A stretch of 64,000 bases of DNA from an uncultured Klebsiella sp. (GTDB lineage: Bacteria > Verrucomicrobiota > Verrucomicrobiia > Limisphaerales > SXTU01). Positions 34,695 through 44,013 of this stretch are shown one piece after another. The notes beneath the pieces are model-generated. The model had not been told where the DNA came from, did no database searches, and saw nothing but the letters and a program-made list of their open reading frames with translations. The position numbers were made by a program, and so were the translations under genes. The stretch covers positions 2,787-66,786 of the forward strand of contig CAZQEW010000008.1 of assembly GCA_964591495.1 (NCBI GenBank), read 5' to 3'. Each line of letters opens with the position of its first letter. The stretch's first letter is position 1.

Positions 34695-36194
34695 ATGCTC
34701 GCCTGGACCATTTACCTCTCCTTCGCCGGCGCGCTTGCGTGCCTGCTGACGCCCCGCGAGAACCCGCGCGCGACGCGGGCGGTGGCGTTCGGCACGGCGC
34801 TGGCCGGGCTGGTTTGTGCGCTCATCGGCGCGGTGCAGTTCAAACCGGAGAGTGGCCTCGAAGTCATTACGAACGTCCGGTGGATTCCCGCGCTGGGCAT
34901 TGACTACTCGCTGGCGGCGGATGGCATCAGCGTGACGCTCGTGGTGCTCACGGGCCTGGCGGCGGTGGCGGGCGTGCTCTTCTCGTGGAACGTCGAGCAT
35001 CGCACCAACGAGTTCTTCGCCTACTTTTTCGCGCTCATTGGTGGCGTCTATGGCGTGTTCCTGAGCCTCGACCTCTTCCTGCTCTTCGTGTTCTACGAAA
35101 TCGCCATCGTCCCGAAATACTTCCTCATCGCCATCTGGGGCTCGACCCGGCGCGATTACGCGGCGATGAAGCTGGCGCTCTACTCGTTCATTGGCAGCGG
35201 CATGGTGCTCATTGGGATGCTGGCGGCCTACGCGGTTTCGGGGGCAGGCACTTTCGACCTTGCGGCTCTGGCGCACCACAAATTTACGGCCGACTTCCAG
35301 CGCTGGGCCTTCCCGCTGGTCTTCGTCGGCTTCGCCATTCTCGCCGGCATGTGGCCGTTCCACACCTGGGCACCGACCGGCCACTCAGCCGCGCCGACGG
35401 CCGCATCGATGCTGCTGGCCGGCGTGGTGATGAAGCTGGGTGCCTATGGCTGCCTGCGCGTGGCGATGACGCTCTTCCCCGAGGGCCTCAAAATGTGGCA
35501 GCACGAACTCGCCGCGCTGGCGGTCACGGGCATTGTCTATGGCGCGCTGGTCGCGCTGGTGCAGAAGGACTTCAAGTTCGTCATCGGCTATTCGAGCGTG
35601 AGCCACATGGGCTTCGTGCTGCTCGGCCTCGTCACGCTCAACGAAATCGGCTGGAGCGGCGCCGTGCTGCAGATGTTCTCCCACGGCATCATTGCCGGCC
35701 TGCTGTTCGGCGTCGTGGGCCGGATGGTTTACGACCGCGCACATACCCGGGAATTGGACAAACTCGAAGGCATGGGCCTGCTCAGGGCGCTGCCCTTCGC
35801 TGCCGTGACCTTTGTGATCGCTGGCTTTGCCTCAATGGGCATGCCTGGCTTCAGTGGCTTTGCGGCGGAACTGCAGGTCCTTATCGGTGCATGGCATGCC
35901 TTCCCGAAGCTCGCCATCCTCGCGGGCATCGGCATCGTCGTCGGGGTGGTATACACGTTGAAGACCACGGCGAAAGTGTTCTTCCCCGACCGGACGCCGG
36001 GTGAAATCCACGCCGCCCACGACCAGGCTGAGCACGAGTTGGAACCCATTTCCATCCCGGAGCGACTGGGCGCGGCGTTGCTCATCTTCTGCACGGTGCT
36101 GATCGGCCTCCACCCGCGCCTGCTGCTGGACCTGATTGTGCCGAGCTTCAAATCACCCCTGTTCGAGGGGCTGAGAAAGGTGGCGGGCCTGTGA
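34695..36194 (+). CDS. nuoM: NADH-quinone oxidoreductase subunit M-like (copy 2)
   Basis: 499 aa. Has HTWAPTGHSAAPTAASMLLAGVVMKLG and VSHMGFVLLG. Its N-terminus resembles NuoM, not NuoN. Confidence 0.85.
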   Translation: MLAWTIYLSFAGALACLLTPRENPRATRAVAFGTALAGLVCALIGAVQFKPESGLEVITNVRWIPALGIDYSLAADGISVTLVVLTGLAAVAGVLFSWNVEHRTNEFFAYFFALIGGVYGVFLSLDLFLLFVFYEIAIVPKYFLIAIWGSTRRDYAAMKLALYSFIGSGMVLIGMLAAYAVSGAGTFDLAALAHHKFTADFQRWAFPLVFVGFAILAGMWPFHTWAPTGHSAAPTAASMLLAGVVMKLGAYGCLRVAMTLFPEGLKMWQHELAALAVTGIVYGALVALVQKDFKFVIGYSSVSHMGFVLLGLVTLNEIGWSGAVLQMFSHGIIAGLLFGVVGRMVYDRAHTRELDKLEGMGLLRALPFAAVTFVIAGFASMGMPGFSGFAAELQVLIGAWHAFPKLAILAGIGIVVGVVYTLKTTAKVFFPDRTPGEIHAAHDQAEHELEPISIPERLGAALLIFCTVLIGLHPRLLLDLIVPSFKSPLFEGLRKVAGL

Positions 36195-37684
36195 ATACCT
36201 CCGACTATCTCGCCCTTTTAACGGCCCTGGCACCCGAAGTCATCGTGGTGCTGACCGCCCTGCTGGTGCTGGCGGTTGACCTGCTCGGATCCCAGGACAC
36301 GCCGCGCAGTTACCGGATGAGCGTCGCCGCCGGGTTGACCACCGTCGGCTGCGGCGGTGCGGCGGTTTGGATGCTTGTAAACTCAACCGTTGGCAACTGG
36401 CACGGGGGCATGTTCGTCGTCGACCCGCTCAACGAACTCGTCAAGACGGTCCTCCTCCTGCTCACCGTGCTGACGGCGATCCTGTCGGTGGACGCCAAGT
36501 TTACGCGGCACTGCGGGGAGTATTTTGCGCTGCTGCTGCTGGCCACTGCCGGCATGATGGTGCTGGCAAGCACCGAGGACCTGCTGTTGATTTTCGTGGC
36601 GTTGGAGCTGGTCAGCCTTTCGCTCTACATCATGGTGGCGTTCGACAAGGCGAACCGCGCCTCCGCGGAGGCGGCCCTCAAATACTTCCTCTTCGGGGGC
36701 ATGAGCGCGGCCTTCCTGCTGTTTGGCTTCAGCCTGCTCTACGGGCTCACGGGGACCACGCATGTCCCGCGCATGGCTTACAAGATCTTCGCCCTCGGAC
36801 CGGACCCGCTGGCGAGCGTGGCGTTGGTCATGGTCATCATCGGCTTCGGCTTCAAGGTTGCGGCCGTGCCGTTCCACCTGTGGTCGCCGGATGCGTATCA
36901 AGGCGCGCCGCTGCCGTGCGCGGCGTTCATCGCCAGTGGCTCGAAGGTCGCGAGTTTCTTCGTCTTCGCGAAGGTCCTTCTGCTGGGCTTCAGCCAGCTG
37001 GGCTGGGGTGGCGCGAATGCCGCTGCCGGCGGCTGGATGCCGTTGCTCTCCGTGTTGGCCGCCGCCTCAATGGTGTTGGGAAACTTGGCGGCCATCCGGC
37101 AGACCAGCGTTCGCCGCTTGCTCGCTTATTCGGCCATTGCGCACGCGGGTTACATGCTGGTGGGATTCCTCGCGTTGGGTGGCGAGGCCTTCGCATCGGT
37201 GCTCTTCTACGTGACCACCTATGCCATCACGACTGTCGGTGCGTTTGGCGTGTTGGGGGTGGTGGAGGCCGAGGTGGGGGGCGACTCGCTTGAGGACTTC
37301 GCCGGTCTCGCGCGCCGTGCACCGGTTCTGGCCGTGTGCCTCATGGTCTTCCTGCTTTCGCTGGCAGGCATCCCGCCGCTGGCCGGATTCTTCGGCAAGT
37401 TTTACCTCTTCGCCGCCGCCATGACGAATGAGGCGAAAAGTCTGCCGTTCCTCTGGTTGATCGTGCTCGGAATCGCGATGAGCTGCGTTTCACTCTACTA
37501 CTATCTGCAGGTGTTGAAGCAGGCCTTCGTTGTGGAGCCTGATCCTGAAGCTCGTCCGCTCGCCGTCCCGTTCCTGGCCCATGCCGTCACCGTGGTGCTG
37601 GCGGTGACCATCGTCTTGCTGGGTTGTGTGCCCGGTTGGCTGCTGGATGCGTTGCATCAGGTCATCGGCAAGCAGGGGTGGTAG
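36191..37684 (+). CDS. nuoN: NADH-quinone oxidoreductase subunit N
   Basis: 497 aa. GTG start overlapping the upstream gene as GTGA. Has FHLWSPDAYQGAPLPCAAFIASGSK and YSAIAHAGYML. Confidence 0.9.
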   Translation: MNTSDYLALLTALAPEVIVVLTALLVLAVDLLGSQDTPRSYRMSVAAGLTTVGCGGAAVWMLVNSTVGNWHGGMFVVDPLNELVKTVLLLLTVLTAILSVDAKFTRHCGEYFALLLLATAGMMVLASTEDLLLIFVALELVSLSLYIMVAFDKANRASAEAALKYFLFGGMSAAFLLFGFSLLYGLTGTTHVPRMAYKIFALGPDPLASVALVMVIIGFGFKVAAVPFHLWSPDAYQGAPLPCAAFIASGSKVASFFVFAKVLLLGFSQLGWGGANAAAGGWMPLLSVLAAASMVLGNLAAIRQTSVRRLLAYSAIAHAGYMLVGFLALGGEAFASVLFYVTTYAITTVGAFGVLGVVEAEVGGDSLEDFAGLARRAPVLAVCLMVFLLSLAGIPPLAGFFGKFYLFAAAMTNEAKSLPFLWLIVLGIAMSCVSLYYYLQVLKQAFVVEPDPEARPLAVPFLAHAVTVVLAVTIVLLGCVPGWLLDALHQVIGKQGW

Positions 37685-37791
37685 GGAATGCCTGGGCCGT
37701 TGCGGCTTGGGAATTGATGGCGTCCGGTGCTTGTTGCCCGCCAATCACGTGCTTGACCCTTACCCCTTACCCCGCCACTTTCTTTCTGCCC

Positions 37792-39243
37792 ATGAAGTCA
37801 TTTTGCTCCCTGCTCGCCACGTTCGCGATCCTGGCTCTTCCTGCGTTTGCGGCGGATCCGGAGAGGGCAGTCGTCCAGATTTTTACCTTCAGCCAGGAGG
37901 CGGACTGGGACGAGCCGTGGAAGTTCGGTCCGCTGCGCCGCAGCAGCGGCACGGGCTTTGTCATCAAGGGCCGCCGCATCATGACCAACGCCCACGTCGT
38001 GAGCTGGGCGCGGCAGCTGATGGTGAAGCGCTACCAGGATCCACGCCCCTACCTGGCGCGGGTCGTGTTCGTTGGTCACGACTGCGATCTGGCGTTGTTG
38101 GAAGTGGAGGATTCGCAGTTCTACAACGGCGTCGAGCCGCTGGAGTTTGGCACGCTGCCGAAGGTCCGTTCCACCGTGGTCACGTATGGCTACCCGGCGG
38201 GCGGTGAGCAGATTTCCTACACGCGCGGGGTTGTATCGCGCATTGAGCTGCAGACCTACGCGCATATTGGCAACCGCTCGCTGCTCGGCGTGCAGACGGA
38301 CGCGGCCATCAACCCCGGCAACTCGGGCGGCCCGGTGATTCAGGACGACAAGGTCATTGGCGTCGCTTTCCAAGGAATGCCCGGGCTGGAAAACGCGGGC
38401 TTTTTCATTCCGCCCCCGGTCATTCAGCATTTCCTGGACGACATTCAGGATGGGAAATACGACGGCTTCCCCAGCGCCGGCATCCGCACCGCGCCGCTGC
38501 AAAACGCCGCCTACCGCCGCAAGCTCAAGCTGCCCGACGATGACCGTGGTGTGCGCGTGGACTCAATCATTCCCGGCACGCCCGCCGAGCAGGTGCTGCG
38601 GCCGGATGACGTGATCTTGCAGGTGGGGCGGTATCCGGTCGGTAGCGACGGCTCCATCGTGTATGAGGGCAATCGCATGGCGTTGGCGATGGCGGTCCAG
38701 GAGGCTCAGCACGGCCACAAAGTCCCGGTGAAGATCTGGCGTGACGGAACGGAGCAGAGCGTGGCCCTGCCGGTCGAGGTGAGCGCCAACGACAAGGTGC
38801 TCGGCAACCAATACGACCTGCCCCCGCGATACTTCGTTTATGCCGGGCTGGTGTTCACGCCCTTGAGCCTTGATTACTTGAAGACCTTCGGCCGCAGCTG
38901 GTCCGATACCGCCGGGGCGGAGCTGACTTACGAGCTGTTCTACCGCCGGCATGAGTCGCCCAAGACGTTACGGGCGGAACCGATCGTGCTTTCGACGGTT
39001 CTAGCGGACAGCATCAACGCCAACTTCCGCATCCGGGGGCGGGCGATGGTGGACAAGATCAACGGCATCCGCATTGAGCGGCTCGAGGATGTGATCCGAG
39101 CCTTTGAAAATCCATCCAACGGCCAGCATGTAGTGGAATTCCTGCCCAAAAACACCTTCGAGTGCCTGGAACGGTCCGAGGCCGACAAGGCGAATGCGGA
39201 GATCCTCAAGACCTACGGCATCCAGCGCGACCGGCGTTTGTGA
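37792..39243 (+). CDS. Secreted trypsin-fold serine protease, Deg/HtrA-type with two PDZ-like regions
   Basis: 483 aa from the internal ATG. The signal peptide is MKSFCSLLATFAILALPAFA. The catalytic triad is TNAHVV, DCDLALL and GNSGGPV. Confidence 0.85.
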   Translation: MKSFCSLLATFAILALPAFAADPERAVVQIFTFSQEADWDEPWKFGPLRRSSGTGFVIKGRRIMTNAHVVSWARQLMVKRYQDPRPYLARVVFVGHDCDLALLEVEDSQFYNGVEPLEFGTLPKVRSTVVTYGYPAGGEQISYTRGVVSRIELQTYAHIGNRSLLGVQTDAAINPGNSGGPVIQDDKVIGVAFQGMPGLENAGFFIPPPVIQHFLDDIQDGKYDGFPSAGIRTAPLQNAAYRRKLKLPDDDRGVRVDSIIPGTPAEQVLRPDDVILQVGRYPVGSDGSIVYEGNRMALAMAVQEAQHGHKVPVKIWRDGTEQSVALPVEVSANDKVLGNQYDLPPRYFVYAGLVFTPLSLDYLKTFGRSWSDTAGAELTYELFYRRHESPKTLRAEPIVLSTVLADSINANFRIRGRAMVDKINGIRIERLEDVIRAFENPSNGQHVVEFLPKNTFECLERSEADKANAEILKTYGIQRDRRL

Positions 39244-39287
39244 TTCCGCTCCCCGGCCGCGCCCAACCACCTCCCATTCACTTCCCC

Positions 39288-40739
39288 ATGCACCTTCCGC
39301 TCCTTATCCTGTGTCTGCTGGCGTCCGCCGCCTTGCTCCCTTCCGCCCCTGCCGCTGAATGGGAAAACTCGCTGGTCTTTCTGGAGGTCACCCGCAAGGG
39401 CTACGATGTCTTCCAGCCGTGGTCGCCCCGCGCACGGGCTGTCCAGAAAAACGGCCTCGTGATCGGCCCGCGCGAAATCCTCACCACCGCCGAAGAGCTT
39501 TCCGACCGCACCCTCATCCGCGTGCAAAAGGGCGGGCGGGGCAAGTGGTGGAATGCCGAGGTCACCTGGATCGACTACCATGCCAACCTCGCCGTGCTCA
39601 CCGCGTCAGATGCGACATTGTGGGCCGGCCTGAAGCCCGCCGCCTTTGTCACCGGCAAGCCACCCAAAGATGGCCTGCAAATTGTCCGGTGGCGCAATGG
39701 CAACCTGGAGGTCCGAAAGGCGGAGTTCAACCAGTTCATCGTCGAGGATGCGCGGCTCTCGTTCATCCAGCATCTCCAGCTTGAGTGCAGCACCGAGATG
39801 CAGGGCGTGGGCTGGGCTGAGCCGCTGGTAGCCGGCGGCAAAATCGCCGGCATCGCCTCGGGGCAGTCCGGCAACAACGCCCGGTTTCTTCCCGCGTCCT
39901 TCATCGAGCCGATACTTACCGCGCGAAAGGCCGGCAAATATCCCGGCCTTGGCTATTTCCCGTTCACATGGACGCCGGTGGAGAATCCCTCAACTTTCAA
40001 GTTTCTGAAACTGCCCGGCGAACCGCGCGGCGCGCTGGTGATCGATGTGCCCGCCGTGCCCAAGCTCGAGCAGAACCTCAAGCCGCGCGACCTCATCCTC
40101 TCCGTGGACGGTTTTGATGTGGACAACCAAGGGTATTACAAAGACCCGGATTACGGCCAACTCATCGTCGAAAACCTCGGCTCGCGCCGGAAGTTTGCCG
40201 GTGATGTGGTGAAGATGAGAGTCTGGCGCGATGGCGCGCAGCTGACCTTGGACTACAAGCTGCCCAAACTGGACTACTCCGTGAAACTGCTGGCGGAGCA
40301 GACCTTCGACCAGGCACCCGAATACCTGATCGCCGGCGGCCTCGTCTTTCAGCCATTGAACATCCCGCTGCTGCGTGGCTTCGGCGATGACTGGAAACGC
40401 CGCGCCCCCTTCCGGCTGGTGCACTTTGCCGGCGAACTTCCCTCGGCGGAGCGCAGCGCGCTCGTCGCCCTTACCAGCGTGCTGCCCGACCCGTATGTGC
40501 TTGGCTATCAGGATGCGCGGTTGCTGGTGGTGGACACCGTCAATGGCCGGAAAATCAGCCGCGTGGCCGATGTGCAGGAGGCCATGCGCCAGCCGCAGGA
40601 TGGATTCCATGTCATCGAATTCCTGCGGGGCGACAATCTTCGGCGCATCGTCCTCGACGCCAAGGAAATGGACGCGGCGACCAAGCGCATTCTGGAGCGC
40701 TATCGCATCCCTGCGGCCAGTCACGTTGCGGCCCAGTAA
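39288..40739 (+). CDS. Catalytically inactive paralogue of the adjacent Deg-type protease (pseudoprotease)
   Basis: 483 aa, with a signal peptide and the same architecture. The triad positions read TTAEEL, HANLAVL and GWAEPL, that is His to Glu, Asp to Asn and Ser to Ala. Confidence 0.75.
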   Translation: MHLPLLILCLLASAALLPSAPAAEWENSLVFLEVTRKGYDVFQPWSPRARAVQKNGLVIGPREILTTAEELSDRTLIRVQKGGRGKWWNAEVTWIDYHANLAVLTASDATLWAGLKPAAFVTGKPPKDGLQIVRWRNGNLEVRKAEFNQFIVEDARLSFIQHLQLECSTEMQGVGWAEPLVAGGKIAGIASGQSGNNARFLPASFIEPILTARKAGKYPGLGYFPFTWTPVENPSTFKFLKLPGEPRGALVIDVPAVPKLEQNLKPRDLILSVDGFDVDNQGYYKDPDYGQLIVENLGSRRKFAGDVVKMRVWRDGAQLTLDYKLPKLDYSVKLLAEQTFDQAPEYLIAGGLVFQPLNIPLLRGFGDDWKRRAPFRLVHFAGELPSAERSALVALTSVLPDPYVLGYQDARLLVVDTVNGRKISRVADVQEAMRQPQDGFHVIEFLRGDNLRRIVLDAKEMDAATKRILERYRIPAASHVAAQ

Positions 40740-40797
40740 CCCGGCGGCGGGGATTCGCGTTGCCTCGTTTTCTGCCGCTCCCTAAACTTACCGGTGC

Positions 40798-41802
40798 ATG
40801 AAACATCAGCTCGAGTTCGAGAAGCCTATTTTCGAGTTGCAGCGGAAACTGGACGAGCTGAGAAAGCATCCGGAGAAACATGCCATGGGCGTGAGCTTCG
40901 AGGAGGAAGCCCAGTCCATCGAACGCAAGCTCGAGGAAACCCGCCGCCAGATTTACTCGAACCTCACGGCCTGGCAGCGCGTCATGCTCGCCCGCCATCC
41001 CAAGCGCCCTTACACGCTCGACTACTTCCGCACCGTCTTCACCGACTTCACCGAACTTCACGGCGACCGGCTTTACTCGGATGACCGCGCGATCGTCGGC
41101 GGTTTTGCCAAGCTCGCCGGTCGGCCGGTCATGGTCATCGGCACCCAGAAAGGCCGCGACACCAAGGAAAACATCCTCCGCAACTTCGGCTCCGCGCATC
41201 CGGAGGGCTACCGCAAGGCGCTCCGCCTCATGCGCATGGCCGACAAGTTCGGTCTGCCCATCGTCACGTTGATCGACACCGCAGGTGCTTATCCCGGCAT
41301 CGGCGCGGAAGAGCGGCACATCGCCGAGGCCATCGCCGTGAACCTGCGCGAGATGACCCTGCTGGAGGTTCCCATCATGGCTGTCGTCATCGGCGAGGGC
41401 GGCTCCGGCGGTGCATTGGGCATCGGGGTGGCGGACCGCGTGCTGATCCTGGAAAATGCCTATTACTCTGTCATCAGCCCGGAAGGGTGTGCCGCGATCC
41501 TGTGGAAGGATCGCGCTGCTGCCGCCAAGGCCGCGGAGGCGCTCAAGATAACCTCCAAGAGCCTGCTGGAACTGGGTTTGGTGGACGAAGTCATCCCCGA
41601 GCCGTTGGGTGGCGCGCACAATGACCTCGCCACCACGGCCGCCACCGTCCAAGCGCACCTGCTCAAGCACCTGGCCCAGCTTGATGGGCTGGCCACCGGC
41701 GAGCGTTTGCGCCAGCGCTACGGCAAATACCGGCATTTCGGTCATTTTCACGAGACCGCCGCCGCATTGGGTGGGACGACGCTCGATGCCAAACCGGCCT
41801 GA
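40798..41802 (+). CDS. accA: Acetyl-CoA carboxylase carboxyltransferase alpha subunit
   Basis: 334 aa. Has ARHPKRPYTLDY, DTAGAYPGIGAEERHIAEAIA and GEGGSGGALG. Confidence 0.95.
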   Translation: MKHQLEFEKPIFELQRKLDELRKHPEKHAMGVSFEEEAQSIERKLEETRRQIYSNLTAWQRVMLARHPKRPYTLDYFRTVFTDFTELHGDRLYSDDRAIVGGFAKLAGRPVMVIGTQKGRDTKENILRNFGSAHPEGYRKALRLMRMADKFGLPIVTLIDTAGAYPGIGAEERHIAEAIAVNLREMTLLEVPIMAVVIGEGGSGGALGIGVADRVLILENAYYSVISPEGCAAILWKDRAAAAKAAEALKITSKSLLELGLVDEVIPEPLGGAHNDLATTAATVQAHLLKHLAQLDGLATGERLRQRYGKYRHFGHFHETAAALGGTTLDAKPA

Positions 41803-41965
41803 GTTCCCTTCGGCGACGCGGTCAGGCGAGATAATTGCGGGGTGCCATCGTGGGCTTGTGCGCGACTGCGGTCTGGTGCAGGGTTCGACCGTCGTGGCGT
41901 CAAGGATGCGACCGGTATTGACCAAATTCCCCGTTCGCGTGCCCCGTCCCGGCTTTTTTTGAGAC

Positions 41966-43042
41966 ATGGCCAGTTTTGTTGATTTGATTCGCGGCTTGGT
42001 GGATGACGGCGAGGAGCTCAAGGCTTCGGCGCGCTTCCGCCTGGGCAGGCTTGTCGCCAAGGGCGGCATGGGCGTCGTGTATGAAGCCGAGCAGATCGGC
42101 GCGTATGGCTTTTCCAAGAAGGTTGCCCTCAAGCTCATCGAGCCATCCACCTCCGGGCAGTCCGAGGTGGTGAAGGCGTTCATCGGGGAGGCCCGGCTCG
42201 TGGCGCGGCTTGTCCACCCGAACATCGCTCAAGTCTACAACCTCGGGCGCACCTCCAACCACATCTTCATCGTGATGGAGTTTGTTCACGGCCTGAACTG
42301 CCAGGAACTGCTCGCCCGGCTGGCCTCGCAGGGGGCGCGGTTGCCGCGCGACTTCGCAGTTTACATCGTCCACCGCATCCTCCGGGGTCTGTCCTATGCG
42401 CACCGGCTGACCGGTGACGATGGCAAGCCGCTGGGCTTGGTGCACCGGGACGCGCACCTGCGGAACATACTTGTCAGCTTCGAGGGGGACGTGAAGCTGA
42501 CCGACTTTGGCATCGCCCGGGCCCGTGGCTTCCTGCCCAAAGAAAGCCCCGATGTCATCGTCGGCCGGCCCGACTTCATGAGTCCCGAGCAGATCACCGG
42601 CAAGCCGCTGGACCTGCGCTCCGACGTTTTCACCGCGGGGGTGGCGCTGGCAACACTGCTGCTCAACCAGAATCCGTTTGCCGGTGAAAGCCTCGACGAC
42701 ACGCGGCATCGCATCACCGAGGCGCCGCTGCCGAACTTTGCGACCCTCGACGGCCGGATCGACTCCGAGCTGCATGACATCCTCCGTCGGGCGCTCGAGC
42801 GTGACCCCGAGCAGCGGTATGCCAGCGCGGAAGCCATGATGAACGACGTGGAGCGCTACCTGTTCATCAACCGCGTGGGGCCGAACACCGAGAGTCTGCG
42901 CCGTTTCATGCAGACCTTTCAGCGGTCGGTGGACGACGATACGCGCGTTCTCAACCGGGCCGACCTCGACGTGCCGCCCCTGGAGGACACGGAGCAGATG
43001 GTGCTCCCCGCGAGCAATTCGCTGCCGCTGATAGGCGTTTGA
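41966..43042 (+). CDS. Ser/Thr protein kinase (Hanks type), stand-alone, with an atypical catalytic loop
   Basis: 358 aa. Has KGGMGVVYEA, VALKLI, HRDAHLRN, DFG and SPE. I saw no TM segment or sensor domain. Confidence 0.85.
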   Translation: MASFVDLIRGLVDDGEELKASARFRLGRLVAKGGMGVVYEAEQIGAYGFSKKVALKLIEPSTSGQSEVVKAFIGEARLVARLVHPNIAQVYNLGRTSNHIFIVMEFVHGLNCQELLARLASQGARLPRDFAVYIVHRILRGLSYAHRLTGDDGKPLGLVHRDAHLRNILVSFEGDVKLTDFGIARARGFLPKESPDVIVGRPDFMSPEQITGKPLDLRSDVFTAGVALATLLLNQNPFAGESLDDTRHRITEAPLPNFATLDGRIDSELHDILRRALERDPEQRYASAEAMMNDVERYLFINRVGPNTESLRRFMQTFQRSVDDDTRVLNRADLDVPPLEDTEQMVLPASNSLPLIGV

Positions 43043-43098
43043 ATCGGGCGGCAGAGAACACACTTTCCCAGCCCGGTTTTTGTGGCTATAGCAGGCGA

Positions 43099-43959
43099 AT
43101 GAACTGCTCCTTCGGCCTCCTTGCCCTTACATGGCTACTCGTCTCCAATGCCCATGCCGCTGACTCCGGCACAGGTGCGAGCTTCAAGGGTCCCGTCGGC
43201 CTCCAGCTTTACAGCCTGCGCGGCATTGCCACGCAGAACCCGCCCAAAGCGCTGAAGCAGGCCAAGGACTTTGGCCTCACCCTCGTCGAGACTGCCGGCA
43301 CCTACACCCTCCCGCCGGCGAAGTTCAAGGCCCTGCTGGAGCTGCACGGCCTGAAACCCATCAGCGGCCACTTCCCCTATGACCGGTGGAAAACCGAGCC
43401 CGAGAAGGTCATCGCGGAGGCCAAGGCCATTGGCCTGCAATACGCTGGCTGCGCTTGGATCAACCACAAGGCACCGTTCGATGAGGCCGCCGCGCGCGAT
43501 GCCATCGCCACCTTCAACAAGGCCGGCGAAATCGGCGCCCAACACGGCATCAAGGTTTTCTACCATGCGCATGGCTTTGAGTTTCATCCGCACGGCGACG
43601 GCACGCTCATGGACCTGCTCATCAAGGAGACCAACCCGAAGCATGTGAGCTTCCAGATGGACGTGCTGTGGGTCGTCTTCCCCGGCCAGGACCCGGTGCA
43701 CTGGCTCAAGAAGTATCCGGGCCGCTGGGAGCTGATGCACTTGAAAGACCTCAAGAAAGGCGTGAAAATCGGCGACCTCTCCGGCAAAACCGACGTTACC
43801 AACGACGTGCCGCTGGGCACCGGCCAGATGAACTGGCCCGCCATCCTCAAAGCTGCGCAGGAAAGCGGAGTGAAGTATTACTTCATCGAGGACGAATCCC
43901 CGACCGTTGTCGAGCAGGTGCCGCAGACTTTGAAGTATCTGGAGCAGGTGAAGTTCTAA
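43099..43959 (+). CDS. Xylose isomerase-like TIM-barrel protein (sugar phosphate isomerase/epimerase family), secreted
   Basis: Starts at the internal ATG. The signal peptide is MNCSFGLLALTWLLVSNAHA. Has LQLYSLR, YHAHGFEF and YYFIEDE. Confidence 0.8.
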   Translation: MNCSFGLLALTWLLVSNAHAADSGTGASFKGPVGLQLYSLRGIATQNPPKALKQAKDFGLTLVETAGTYTLPPAKFKALLELHGLKPISGHFPYDRWKTEPEKVIAEAKAIGLQYAGCAWINHKAPFDEAAARDAIATFNKAGEIGAQHGIKVFYHAHGFEFHPHGDGTLMDLLIKETNPKHVSFQMDVLWVVFPGQDPVHWLKKYPGRWELMHLKDLKKGVKIGDLSGKTDVTNDVPLGTGQMNWPAILKAAQESGVKYYFIEDESPTVVEQVPQTLKYLEQVKF

Positions 43960-44013
43960 ACCCGGCTTGGTCGCGAATACGAACCCCCTTCCGGCGTCCG
44001 CTCTATCCGCATT

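Noticed and set aside
28139-35384. Long minus-strand ORFs 28139-30106 (655 aa), 31009-31863 and 33069-35384 (771 aa)
   Set aside because: They are antisense to nuoI, H, L and M, which carry clear complex I signatures. Their Arg/Glu/Asp/Gly-rich translations have no domain features.
41860-41910. GGGTTCGACC, resembling a tRNA T-loop, in the accA-kinase spacer
   Set aside because: The flanking sequence cannot form T-stem, acceptor, D or anticodon arms, so this is not a tRNA.
40612-42225. 537-aa minus-strand ORF, and similarly 59572-61035 (487 aa) and 41900-43063 (387 aa)
   Set aside because: They are antisense to accA and the kinase, to asnB, and to the kinase. They carry no motifs, so I treat them as shadow ORFs.
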